Shown: positions 20,129 to 29,285, counted from the first letter of the stretch. The stretch: DNA of 64,000 bases from Candidatus Thermosaccharophagus tengchongensis (GCA_032161105.1 JAVHTD010000002.1); one strand, 5' to 3'. Notes: generated from the sequence alone by a model not told the origin. Numbers and translations are program-made.

Positions 20129-20416
20129 ATGGAAGTGACTTTCATCAAGCGGCGCAAGGGTCAAACGCAACTTACATATTCCCTCGTCCTTGTGCTCGTC
20201 GCTATTGCCGCTATCATCGCTGTGATGCTTTGCGGGAGGGTGGTGCAAGGATTGCTGTCAGACATTCACTCAAAGTTCAGTTCTATTTTTCCCGGTGCGC
20301 CTACAACAGTTGAAGAGGAAGGCAAATCGTCAGAGGAGCCCGATGTGCCTCCGAAGCTCCCGCGAAAGCCTCTCCAAAAGCCGCCCGGAAAACCCCCAGT
20401 GAAGCCAAAGGAGTGA
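20129..20416 (+). CDS. Flp/type IVb pilin-like protein with a Pro/Lys-rich tail
   Basis: Short basic leader, KG|QTQLTYSLVLVLVAIAAIIAV hydrophobic helix; Glu+5 missing. Confidence 0.65.
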   Translation: MEVTFIKRRKGQTQLTYSLVLVLVAIAAIIAVMLCGRVVQGLLSDIHSKFSSIFPGAPTTVEEEGKSSEEPDVPPKLPRKPLQKPPGKPPVKPKE

Positions 20417-20702
20417 GCTCATCTTAATGGATGGCAGACTCAACCCAGCATGCGAGGTTGATAAAGTTGTTGCCCTCTCCATGTAGCTTTCGTGAGTTGT
20501 GAAGAGCTAATCCACTTTAGAATCATGTGGCATCATGATTAGCCAACAGCGATTGCGTTTTGAGATTTAACCTCTGTAAGCAGACAGCGCTGTGAGGCTT
20601 TAGTCTGGGGTGTCATCAAACGGGCGGTATTGATGGCACGCCAAATTTTGAGGATGAGATGATGAACTGCTCATCGGCAAAATTGCGATGGGGGTGAGGT
20701 AA

Positions 20703-21644
20703 ATGGAGGTCATTGCCATTGGTGAATTGCTTGCTGAGATAATGCGTCCCAAAGTTGACATGCCGCTTTACCAACCATGTGAGTTCATCGGACCCTTCCC
20801 GAGTGGTGCTCCGGCGATATTCGCTGACCAAGTTGCGCGTTTGGGGCATAGCGCTGCAATCATTGGTGCTGTCGGCAACGACGATTTCGGTAAGTGCATA
20901 CTTGAGCGGCTGAGCAGTGATGGGGTCAGCACGAAACATGTGAAGGTTGTTGATGAGCTCGCAACTGGTGTGGCATTTGTTGCATACTTTGGCGACGGCA
21001 GCAGGAAGTTCATTTTCCACTTCGGCAACAGCGCTGCAGGTTGCTTGCCTGATTCAAGTGAAGTTGACCTCAGCGGGACTGAGTTTGTCCACATATGCGG
21101 ATGCACGCTGAGTGCCGGTGGTAGAATGCAACAGGAGTGCTACAACCTTGTTGAGAGGGCAAGTAGCGCCGGGGTGAAAATTTCATTTGACCCAAACTTG
21201 CGCCCGGAACTGCTCTCCGATGTGAACACGGTTAGGCGAATTTGCGAGCCAGTGCTGCGCACGGCATATGTTGTCTCCACCGGACGCCATGAAGCACTTG
21301 CAATAACCGGTGCAGATGATGAGGATGAAGCGTGCAGGAGTTTACTCAACATGGGAATTGAAGTTGTCGCCGTAAAGCTCGGTGAGCGGGGCTGCCGGAT
21401 ATACTCTCACAGTGATGTCGTTGAGGCACTGCCGTTCAAGGTTGATGCAGTTGACCCGACTGGCGCTGGTGATTGTTTTGATGCGGCTGTAGTCGTCGGA
21501 TTGATTGAGGGTATGCCGCTTGAGGATATAGCTCGCTTCGCCAATGCGTGCGGCGCACTGGCGACAACGCGCCTTGGTCCGATGGAAGGGGCATTTTGGC
21601 GTAAGGATGTTGAACGGTTTATGCGTGAAGGGACACTTGAATAA
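20703..21644 (+). CDS. PfkB family sugar kinase
   Basis: GAVGNDDFG, SFDPNLRPEL, KLGERG and DPTGAGDCF motifs. Confidence 0.93.
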   Translation: MEVIAIGELLAEIMRPKVDMPLYQPCEFIGPFPSGAPAIFADQVARLGHSAAIIGAVGNDDFGKCILERLSSDGVSTKHVKVVDELATGVAFVAYFGDGSRKFIFHFGNSAAGCLPDSSEVDLSGTEFVHICGCTLSAGGRMQQECYNLVERASSAGVKISFDPNLRPELLSDVNTVRRICEPVLRTAYVVSTGRHEALAITGADDEDEACRSLLNMGIEVVAVKLGERGCRIYSHSDVVEALPFKVDAVDPTGAGDCFDAAVVVGLIEGMPLEDIARFANACGALATTRLGPMEGAFWRKDVERFMREGTLE

Positions 21645-21652
21645 AACACGGG

Positions 21653-22840
21653 GTGATCTTTGTCGTGCTTGACTTTGCGCAACTCAGGCGGCAGATGAGC
21701 GAAATGGCTTTAGAGCAAGCTGCGCGCCGCGAGGACATTGCTGCAAGGTCGAAGAAGGCATCCTCAGTGCTAAAGCAGTGGGCTGTGTCTTGGGAGGAGG
21801 TGTTGAGGAAGGTTGAGGCGAGCAGGACATCGTGGCTGCTTGCAAGACCGGTGAATGTGCTTGATTTTAAAATGCATGTGGACGAACCCAAGCGCCCGCT
21901 CACTGTCTTAGCAAGCGATGGCTCTCAAATTTTTCCGGACAAGCATGAAGTGGCATTATGCTACCTGATCAACATTGGCTTGGTGGCGCTTCACTATGGC
22001 GTTGGCGAACCGCCAATGATGCGGTGCTACCCGCTGCTCTACTACCGCGAGGAAGATCTCTATGAGCGTTGGGGCGGGAGGAAAGTTCTGGTCAACCATG
22101 ACATAGCTTCAGCGAAGCGTCAGCTCCTTGAGATTGAAACGCTCGCCGACACTGCTTGTTCGCTCGGAGGGAAGCAAGATAAGGTGGCTTTAGTTGATGG
22201 CTCACTCATACTTTGGCGGTTGGAGGGGATGCCGGGTGACTTCGCTGACGGAGTCCTCAAAAGGTTTTTAGCTGCACTTGATAGGTTCAGGGAAGAGGGC
22301 ATCCCGATTGCTGGCTACATTAGCTCTCCGAGGTCAACGGATGTGGTGAACACACTTAAGGTGTGCATCTGCCCTTATGCGCAAGCCGATTGCGATAAAT
22401 GCGAGTATAGGTGTGGAGATGAAATTCCGCCATGTTCATGCATTGATGGTGTAACCGATGCGCTGGTGTTCAGGCATCTCCTTTCAAAGGGTGAGCACAC
22501 TCAGCCATTTTGTAGCTCGTCCAAGATACTTGAGCGTTACGGTGAGCACGCTGTCAGATTTGTTTACCTCAATGTTGGGTATGAGGTTGCGAGGGTTGAG
22601 GTTCCGTGCTGGATTGCAAGCGATGATGCATTGCTAAGGCTTGTCTTGGCGACGGTTTTTGAGCAAGCGCAAAAGGGCAACGGCTATCCGGTTGTGCTTT
22701 CCGAAGCGCATGAGCGTGCCGTCATTCGCAGCAATGAGCGTGAGTTCTTCTTCAGGATGCTTGAGGAGACATTCGTTCGGCACAACATTAGGGTGGGCAT
22801 GTCACTCAAGATGCTCGCAAAGCGTGCGCCGGGCATTTGA
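21653..22840 (+). CDS. nurA: NurA-family DNA double-strand-break repair nuclease
   Basis: ASDGSQ, LVDGSL, ARVEVP and GYPVVLSEAHERAVI motifs. Confidence 0.85.
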   Translation: MIFVVLDFAQLRRQMSEMALEQAARREDIAARSKKASSVLKQWAVSWEEVLRKVEASRTSWLLARPVNVLDFKMHVDEPKRPLTVLASDGSQIFPDKHEVALCYLINIGLVALHYGVGEPPMMRCYPLLYYREEDLYERWGGRKVLVNHDIASAKRQLLEIETLADTACSLGGKQDKVALVDGSLILWRLEGMPGDFADGVLKRFLAALDRFREEGIPIAGYISSPRSTDVVNTLKVCICPYAQADCDKCEYRCGDEIPPCSCIDGVTDALVFRHLLSKGEHTQPFCSSSKILERYGEHAVRFVYLNVGYEVARVEVPCWIASDDALLRLVLATVFEQAQKGNGYPVVLSEAHERAVIRSNEREFFFRMLEETFVRHNIRVGMSLKMLAKRAPGI

Positions 22841-22870
22841 GCGGCGTCATTTACACGGGGGCGCTCAAGT

Positions 22871-25405
22871 GTGATGGATGGGTTAAGAGAAAGGGCAATT
22901 TCAATTGGGGGTGATGAACTGCGGAGCATCATTTATCGTCTCATCCTGCCAAAGGTGCAAAAGGCGGGCAGGTATATCGGCGGCGAGGTTAATTGCGTTG
23001 TCAAATGTGGCAATCCGATTTTGCGCATTGCAATCGCCTTCCCAGACCTTTACGAAGTTGGGATGTCAAGCACTGGCATGGGCATCATTTACCACACATT
23101 GAATGAACTTGGTGGAGTGCAGGCGGAAAGGGTCTTTTCACCTTGGGTTGATATGGAGGCATTGCTTCGTTCATACAACCTCCCGTTGTATGGCTTAGAG
23201 ACATTTACGCCGCTCAAGCAATTTGATGCCATTGGTTTTTCACTGGCGTATGAGTTGCACGGGACAAACATCCTCCAGATGCTTGACCTCTCTGGGATTC
23301 CGCTGCTTTCTCGCGAGCGCGGTGATGATGACCCATTGGTAATTGCTGGTGGATGCGTTGTTGTCAATCCCGAACCATTCGCCGAGTTCGTTGATGCCTT
23401 TTGCATCGGTGATGGCGAGGAGCTCGCAGCCGAGCTTGCTGAGGGGCTTATCCGAACGAAAGGCTTGCCGAGGATGAAGCGGCTTGAAAGGCTTGCATGC
23501 ATTGAGGGCGTGTATGTGCCGATGCTGCACGAGGTTGAGGAGACCGAAAGCGGCATGCTGGTAGTCAAAGGTGCTGGCAGGGAGGTGCGAATCAAGAGGC
23601 GCGTTGTTTGCGATCTGGACAGCGCGCCATTCCCGACAAAGCCGGTTGTGCCGTGGATTGAGACAGTGCATGATCGCGCAAACATTGAGGTGTTCAGGGG
23701 ATGCACGAGGGGATGCAGGTTTTGCCAAGCCGGAATGGTGACGAGACCGGTGAGGGAAAGGAGTGTTGACAAGCTTGTTGAGCAAGCGAATGCGGTGGCG
23801 GTGAACACGGGTTATGATGAAATCGGCTTGCTATCGCTTAACACATACGACTACAGCCACCTGAATGAGCTTGTGAGCGAGCTGCTGATGGGTGAGGTGC
23901 GCCTTTTCCTTTCAATGCCGTCGTCACGCATGGACTCATTCAACATTTCAATTGCGAGACTCGTGCACGAGGTCAGGAAGGGCGGACTTACATTTGCCCC
24001 AGAAGCCGGCAGCGAGCGCCTGAGGCGCGTAATCAACAAGCCAATAAGCGATGGCGAAATCTTTGAGCTGCTTAAGCAGGTCTATTCCAGCGGTTGGGAT
24101 TTGGTGAAGCTCTATTTCATGGTTGGGTTGCCGACGGAAACGGATGAGGATGTGAATGCGATCGCTGAAATGTGCAATGACATTGCGAGGATGGCGCGCT
24201 CGGTGAACAGGCGTGCGAAGTTGCATGTCTCTGTTTCCATCTTTGTTCCAAAGCCGCATACGCCGTTTCAATGGGAGAGGCAAATTGGGCTTGACGAGAG
24301 TCTGCGAAAGAGAAGCCTTTTGCTCAAGCGCATCAGAGAACGCAACTTGAGCCTGAAGATGCATGACTATCGCATGAGCTTCCTTGAGGGCGTCTTCAGC
24401 CGCGGCGATAGGCGTCTTTGCTCGGTCCTGCTTGAAGCATACTTGCGCGGGTGCAGGTTTGATGGATGGACAGAGCACCTCAACTGGGATGGGTGGATGC
24501 GCTCATTTGAAGCTGCTGGTGTTGACCCACACCGTTACCTGCGCGAGCGTTCCTTCAATGAGCCCCTGCCGTGGGAGCACATTGAGACACATTTGAACAA
24601 GCATTTCCTTTTGGAGGAGCGCCAGAGGGCGCTCAAAGGTGAAGTGACTGCAGATTGCAGGATTGGTGGGTGCAACAAGTGTGGTGTTAATACGATTGTG
24701 CCATATGCATGTGCTAAGTCAACCCAAATTTATGCGAGTGCGCCGCAGCGTGATGTGGCACACAAATTTAAGTCAGCCGTTGAGGCTGTTAGGACGCGCA
24801 AGGCGATTGAGCCAGTTCAGCGCATACGGTTGCGATGGACGAAGCTCGGTAAGCTGCGCTTCCTGTCGCATATTGAGATGGTAAGAGCGCTCTGCAGGGG
24901 CATACAGCGTGCTGGGATAAAGGTGTCATACTCTCGCGGCTTTAATCCCAAGCCGAGGTTCTCCTTTGGGTTTGCCTTGCAGGTCGGAATTGAGAGTGAG
25001 GCTGAATATGCGGATGTCTGGCTTGATGAATGGGTCTCGCCACACGAGTTTATGCGATTGTGCAATGAGCATCTTCCAGATGGGTGTAGCGTGCTTGAAG
25101 CTATAACTGTGCCTCTGAATGCCCCGCCGTTTGCACCATTCATTGCCGTATCGGTTTATGAAGCATTTGAGCCATCCGCTTTTGACTGCGCCACCTCGCG
25201 CCTCCCATGCTGTGCTCCCATCTTGCGCTTTGAACTCCCAGAGGGACAGCACGATCGCGTTCGCCCGCTTGATTACCTCAAAGCCGCACTCAAGCTCACC
25301 GATGAGGAGGCGCTCCAAATCAGGATAATCAAGCGAGCCACACTTTGCAGGGTTAATAACATGCTCCTATCGCCGATGGCTCTCCTCAAGTCAGTTAATC
25401 ATTAG
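22871..25405 (+). CDS. B12-binding radical SAM protein (TIGR03960-type) fused to a DUF2344/TIGR03936 domain
   Basis: FPDLYEVGMS, RGCTRGCRFCQAG, TFAPEAGSERLR and PKPHTPFQW motifs; C-terminal FLSH...GFNPKPR. Confidence 0.92.
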   Translation: MMDGLRERAISIGGDELRSIIYRLILPKVQKAGRYIGGEVNCVVKCGNPILRIAIAFPDLYEVGMSSTGMGIIYHTLNELGGVQAERVFSPWVDMEALLRSYNLPLYGLETFTPLKQFDAIGFSLAYELHGTNILQMLDLSGIPLLSRERGDDDPLVIAGGCVVVNPEPFAEFVDAFCIGDGEELAAELAEGLIRTKGLPRMKRLERLACIEGVYVPMLHEVEETESGMLVVKGAGREVRIKRRVVCDLDSAPFPTKPVVPWIETVHDRANIEVFRGCTRGCRFCQAGMVTRPVRERSVDKLVEQANAVAVNTGYDEIGLLSLNTYDYSHLNELVSELLMGEVRLFLSMPSSRMDSFNISIARLVHEVRKGGLTFAPEAGSERLRRVINKPISDGEIFELLKQVYSSGWDLVKLYFMVGLPTETDEDVNAIAEMCNDIARMARSVNRRAKLHVSVSIFVPKPHTPFQWERQIGLDESLRKRSLLLKRIRERNLSLKMHDYRMSFLEGVFSRGDRRLCSVLLEAYLRGCRFDGWTEHLNWDGWMRSFEAAGVDPHRYLRERSFNEPLPWEHIETHLNKHFLLEERQRALKGEVTADCRIGGCNKCGVNTIVPYACAKSTQIYASAPQRDVAHKFKSAVEAVRTRKAIEPVQRIRLRWTKLGKLRFLSHIEMVRALCRGIQRAGIKVSYSRGFNPKPRFSFGFALQVGIESEAEYADVWLDEWVSPHEFMRLCNEHLPDGCSVLEAITVPLNAPPFAPFIAVSVYEAFEPSAFDCATSRLPCCAPILRFELPEGQHDRVRPLDYLKAALKLTDEEALQIRIIKRATLCRVNNMLLSPMALLKSVNH

Positions 25406-25444
25406 ACTTATTGTGCCATATCTTTTTGCTCTGACGCTGCTACC
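25403..25444 (+). repeat. Left inverted repeat (42 bp including terminal TA)
   Basis: TAGACTTATTGTGCCATATCTTTTTGCTCTGACGCTGCTACC; its reverse complement matches 29244-29285 at 37/42. Confidence 0.92.
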
Positions 25445-27911
25445 GTGAAGATAAGCGCACTACATAATACTTTGACTTTAGGTCAGGTGGCAAATCCCGT
25501 TCCTTGCTTAGTAACATAATCTGCATTCCATGTTCAGTCGCAAGCCATTGGCAAACTTGTATCATACCACGCACTCGTTCCCTATCAAGGTTGGCGAATG
25601 GCTCATCCAGCAGGATGAACGGTTTTCCGCTCGTCAAGCGCTTTGCCAGCGCAATTCGTGCCGCAAAGTAAAGTGGGTCACGCACACCAGGATTCATCTC
25701 GTGCTCCTCAAGGACATCCCCTTTCTCTGGATGCACCAAGCTGAAGCATTGCTTTTCTGGAATGTAACGCACTTCGCTGTATCTGCCACCAGTGATTTGC
25801 TTAAGCAGTTCGCCCATCTCTTTGGTTAATTCATCTGCCAATTCCTTGAAAAGCTGCTCTCGCACTTTTGGCAGCAGTTCCTCTAAGGCTCGCAGGACTT
25901 TTTCCCTGTGCTCCAAAGCTGCCTTTCTTGCCCTCAATTCCTCCACTATTTCCTCTTCGGCGCTAACCTGCTCAGCAGTCGGCAACCTCACCAACTCGCC
26001 CTCCAAACGCGCTACCTCTTTGCTTACCTTGCTGATTTCTTCCCGTAACTCCTTGCACTTCCTTTCACGCTGTTGCAACTCCCGTTTCAGTTTTTCCTCC
26101 GACAATTCAGCTAACTCCTCATGCTGCTGCTTCAGCTTTTCCACCTCGCGTTGCAAGGTTTGAACCTCCCGCCGAGCTTCGCTCAGCTTTTCCTCAAGTT
26201 CGTTCAAATTTGACGCATCCTGCCCCTTCAAGATAGCGTTAAATTCACCTTGCTTTTCACTCAATTCCTGCAATAGCTTATCGCGATTTTGGCGCTTTTT
26301 CTCCAGTTCCTGCTCCCGTCGCACTAACCCTTTGCGATCGGTAGCGTATTCTCGCATCCCTTCTAATTCTTTTTCCAATTCCTTCGCCCGCTCATCCAAC
26401 TTTTCCCACTCCGCTCTTAGGGACGCTTCGTCTCGTCCTGCCAGAATTGCCTTCTGCTCTCTCTCCAATTTATCTCGCTCATCCCACAGCTCTTCCAGTT
26501 GCTCCAATTTCAGCTCTAATGAACTCTCGTCATCTGCGTCATACTGCTGCATTAAAGCGTTTAACTCACAACAGATGTTATCCATTTGCTCCTGTGCGCG
26601 GTCCTGTATGCTCGCGTTCAAGGTAACCCAATTGCCAATTTGCAAGACCAAGTGCTGCCTCGCTCTATCCTGGTAGCTACCTCCAGCCTGAATCGGCGCT
26701 TCAACTGTTGGCTCACCGTCGCGTTCCACCCGCAAGACGACATCTTGCTGCGCTTGTATTTGAAATGCCAAAGCTCGTTCCTCTTGAGACTCCTCAAGAG
26801 TTTTTCTGCGTTCCAATAGGCGCTCAAGCTTCTTTCTGGCTTGACGCACTTGCTGCAGTGTAGTGTCCCTGAGCTGCTCCTTCAATTCGCCAAGTTTTTC
26901 TCTCACCTCGTTCAATTGCTCTATGCGTTTGCCGAGCTCATCTCTTTCTCTCTTCACTCGTTCCAGCTCCTCAGCCTTCTCCACATATTGTCGCCGCTGT
27001 TCTACTTCGTTCTCAAGTTGCCTCACCTCTCGGTCAGCATGCTTAAGTTCGGGCTTAAGCGCTTTTATCTCATCATCCAGTTGACGAGCCCTATCAATCG
27101 CCCTTTTTATTCCCAGCTCATCCTTCTCCGCCTCACTCAGCATATGCATAGCTTCAATTAGCGGACGCAATGTCTCCAGCCTCTGTTCAGCCTCCTTAAG
27201 CCCCCTTTGCATTTCATCCATTTTCACCCTCAGCTCTGCCAATTTTTCCTCCTTCCCTTCGCGCTCGGCAATCTGCGCCTTTAGCTCCTTAAGCGTTTTT
27301 TCCTGTTCCTCCAATTCCCTTTCCACTTGTGCTATTTCCCCCGTTGGTCTTCCATGCACTTCACGGCGCATTCTGCGCCGCTCTTCGGTCACCTGATTTT
27401 GCAGTCGGTCCAATGGAATTCCTGCCCCAAACACACCCTCTAAAGCAGCAGACAATCCTTCCACTTCAAGGCGCCCCAACTCCTCCTGCTTCACGCAAAT
27501 GGTTGCCAATGCTTCATGCTTTGTGCTCAAACCCAATGCCTCTTCAATCTTCTGCTGCACCCTTTGATGCCCCCGTAGCCTTTCCTTGCCCGTGTCCAAC
27601 TCAACGCGACCTTCCTCAAAGTCCTTGCGCAGTCGCCATGTTTCTCCATTCACCTCAAGCTCCATTTCAATGGTGAAGTATTCGCTGGCATCCCACGACC
27701 GCTCCCGCAAGATTGCCTGAGCCGTTGTTCTCGCCTGCTCAAATAGTCCAATCAATATCGCCAACGCAATCGTGCTCTTACCCACATCGTTGTCGCCACA
27801 GATGATGTTAAGTCCATCTTTAAGCACAAGCCCTTTGTCGCCAAATCGCTCCAACACTCTGTTGCGGAAGTTCACCGCCTTGATTCTTTTAATCGCTACC
27901 CTGCTCGCCAT
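25440..27911 (-). CDS. Rad50/SbcC-like (YhaN/AAA_27-type) SMC-family ATPase
   Basis: Walker A GDNDVGKST, Q-loop CVKQ, long coiled coil, Walker B/D-loop ILLDEPFANLD; signature degenerate (MNPG). Confidence 0.88.
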   Translation of the reverse strand: MASRVAIKRIKAVNFRNRVLERFGDKGLVLKDGLNIICGDNDVGKSTIALAILIGLFEQARTTAQAILRERSWDASEYFTIEMELEVNGETWRLRKDFEEGRVELDTGKERLRGHQRVQQKIEEALGLSTKHEALATICVKQEELGRLEVEGLSAALEGVFGAGIPLDRLQNQVTEERRRMRREVHGRPTGEIAQVERELEEQEKTLKELKAQIAEREGKEEKLAELRVKMDEMQRGLKEAEQRLETLRPLIEAMHMLSEAEKDELGIKRAIDRARQLDDEIKALKPELKHADREVRQLENEVEQRRQYVEKAEELERVKRERDELGKRIEQLNEVREKLGELKEQLRDTTLQQVRQARKKLERLLERRKTLEESQEERALAFQIQAQQDVVLRVERDGEPTVEAPIQAGGSYQDRARQHLVLQIGNWVTLNASIQDRAQEQMDNICCELNALMQQYDADDESSLELKLEQLEELWDERDKLEREQKAILAGRDEASLRAEWEKLDERAKELEKELEGMREYATDRKGLVRREQELEKKRQNRDKLLQELSEKQGEFNAILKGQDASNLNELEEKLSEARREVQTLQREVEKLKQQHEELAELSEEKLKRELQQRERKCKELREEISKVSKEVARLEGELVRLPTAEQVSAEEEIVEELRARKAALEHREKVLRALEELLPKVREQLFKELADELTKEMGELLKQITGGRYSEVRYIPEKQCFSLVHPEKGDVLEEHEMNPGVRDPLYFAARIALAKRLTSGKPFILLDEPFANLDRERVRGMIQVCQWLATEHGMQIMLLSKERDLPPDLKSKYYVVRLSSR

Positions 27912-29058
27912 CTCCCTCACCCCCTATGGCTTGCAAGCGATTCAACCCATCTATTGCGGCTTCAAGCCAAACGCGCTTTTCATCCTCACTGGAAGCAGCG
28001 TCATAGCGCTCCTTTGCCATGCGCACTAATTGACCCGCAAAGGTGCTTGCAGGATAACGACGCAGAAGCCTTCTCCAATCCATGTGTTGCAGCGCTTGTC
28101 GGTCATCCAATTCAACCCAAAAGAATGCCTGTGCCAACTCACCCCCTTCGCTGCACCATTCATGAACTTCCCGTAGTTGCTCTGGTTGGAAAATCCCACT
28201 TAACTGGACAGTGAGCAGTTTATGCTCCGCATCTGGAAAGCGTTTGATGATGGCGCTCGCCCCGCGACCAATATCCTTTTCCGTCATAGACCATACAACC
28301 TCTTCATAGGCACCGATTTCTTTGGGCGTCACCTTAACTTGTTTGCCATCCCATTCCACCAATGCCACTTTACCTTTGCCGTCGGGTGGAGCAAAGGACA
28401 GATATTCCAGCGCACCTGGATAGACTGCTACTTTGCCATCAACTCGTTGCGTCAACCATTTGTGCCAATGCCCTAATGCGAGGTAGTGGAATGGGCTGCG
28501 AGCGATTTCGTCTCGCTCAATTGGAAAGTCAGGTTCGCTCACTCCACCAAAGCGCAGTGACCCATGCAGCAATGCCACGAGAAAATCCCCCTGAGGAATT
28601 TGAAGCTGCTCCATCACTTGACGCAGCGGATGATCTATACCGTCTTTATCTGGGCATGCCCATCCAGCGACTACCAAAGTGCCGCGCTTTACTTTCCAAG
28701 GCACAACATCCGTTTCAACAAACACAACTGCATTGGATGGCACACGGTTGCTTTGAAGCAACCGTTCCCAAAGTGACCCTTTGCCTGAATGGTCATGATT
28801 GCCAGGGCAGATGAACACTGGTGTTGGCTTTAACGCTTCAAGCATGCGCATCACATGACGGATAGTATCAGCACTTATTATAGGCGCATCAAACAGGTCG
28901 CCGCTGATCAACACGGCGTCAACATCCTCATTTTGTGCCAAGTCCATCGCCCGCTTAAGCGCCTCTAATACAGCTTCTCGCAATTGCCTACCTCGCTCCG
29001 TGCCCAATTTTCTGAATGACGCTCCCACATGCACATCCGCTAAATGCAATAACTTCAT
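27889..29058 (-). CDS. Mre11/SbcD-like (YhaO-type) metallophosphoesterase DNA nuclease
   Basis: All five motifs present: ADVH, GDLFD, GNHD, LHG, GHWH; overlaps the ATPase start. Confidence 0.92.
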   Translation of the reverse strand: MKLLHLADVHVGASFRKLGTERGRQLREAVLEALKRAMDLAQNEDVDAVLISGDLFDAPIISADTIRHVMRMLEALKPTPVFICPGNHDHSGKGSLWERLLQSNRVPSNAVVFVETDVVPWKVKRGTLVVAGWACPDKDGIDHPLRQVMEQLQIPQGDFLVALLHGSLRFGGVSEPDFPIERDEIARSPFHYLALGHWHKWLTQRVDGKVAVYPGALEYLSFAPPDGKGKVALVEWDGKQVKVTPKEIGAYEEVVWSMTEKDIGRGASAIIKRFPDAEHKLLTVQLSGIFQPEQLREVHEWCSEGGELAQAFFWVELDDRQALQHMDWRRLLRRYPASTFAGQLVRMAKERYDAASSEDEKRVWLEAAIDGLNRLQAIGGEGDGEQGSD

Positions 29059-29243
29059 TTGCCTCTCCTCCCCCTTGACAACCTTTCCCTTTCAAAATCG
29101 GGGCGGGCTTTTTTGAGAACGCTCATGAGTTCCTCAAGGGCTTTTAGAGAAAGCCCAGCAAAGCCACGAAAGATAGTGGGAGATTTTTGCTCTTTTCAGG
29201 TTCAATATGGTCACTTTCGCCCCTTGCATGGTCGGGTTATAAT

Positions 29244-29285
29244 GGTAGCAATGTCAGGGCAAAAAGATATGGCGCAATAAGTTTA
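29244..29285 (-). repeat. Right inverted repeat (42 bp including terminal TA)
   Basis: GGTAGCAATGTCAGGGCAAAAAGATATGGCGCAATAAGTTTA. Confidence 0.92.

Larger units (their letters stand above)
25403..29285. mobile_element. Putative non-autonomous inverted-repeat-bounded insertion cassette carrying an Mre11/Rad50-like gene pair
   Basis: 42-bp inverted repeats, TA at both outer ends, no transposase inside; the reconstructed empty site is coherent. Confidence 0.75.

Noticed and set aside
20635..20652. Sigma-54 promoter (TGGCACG) upstream of the PfkB gene
   Set aside because: No TTGC -12 element at the required spacing.
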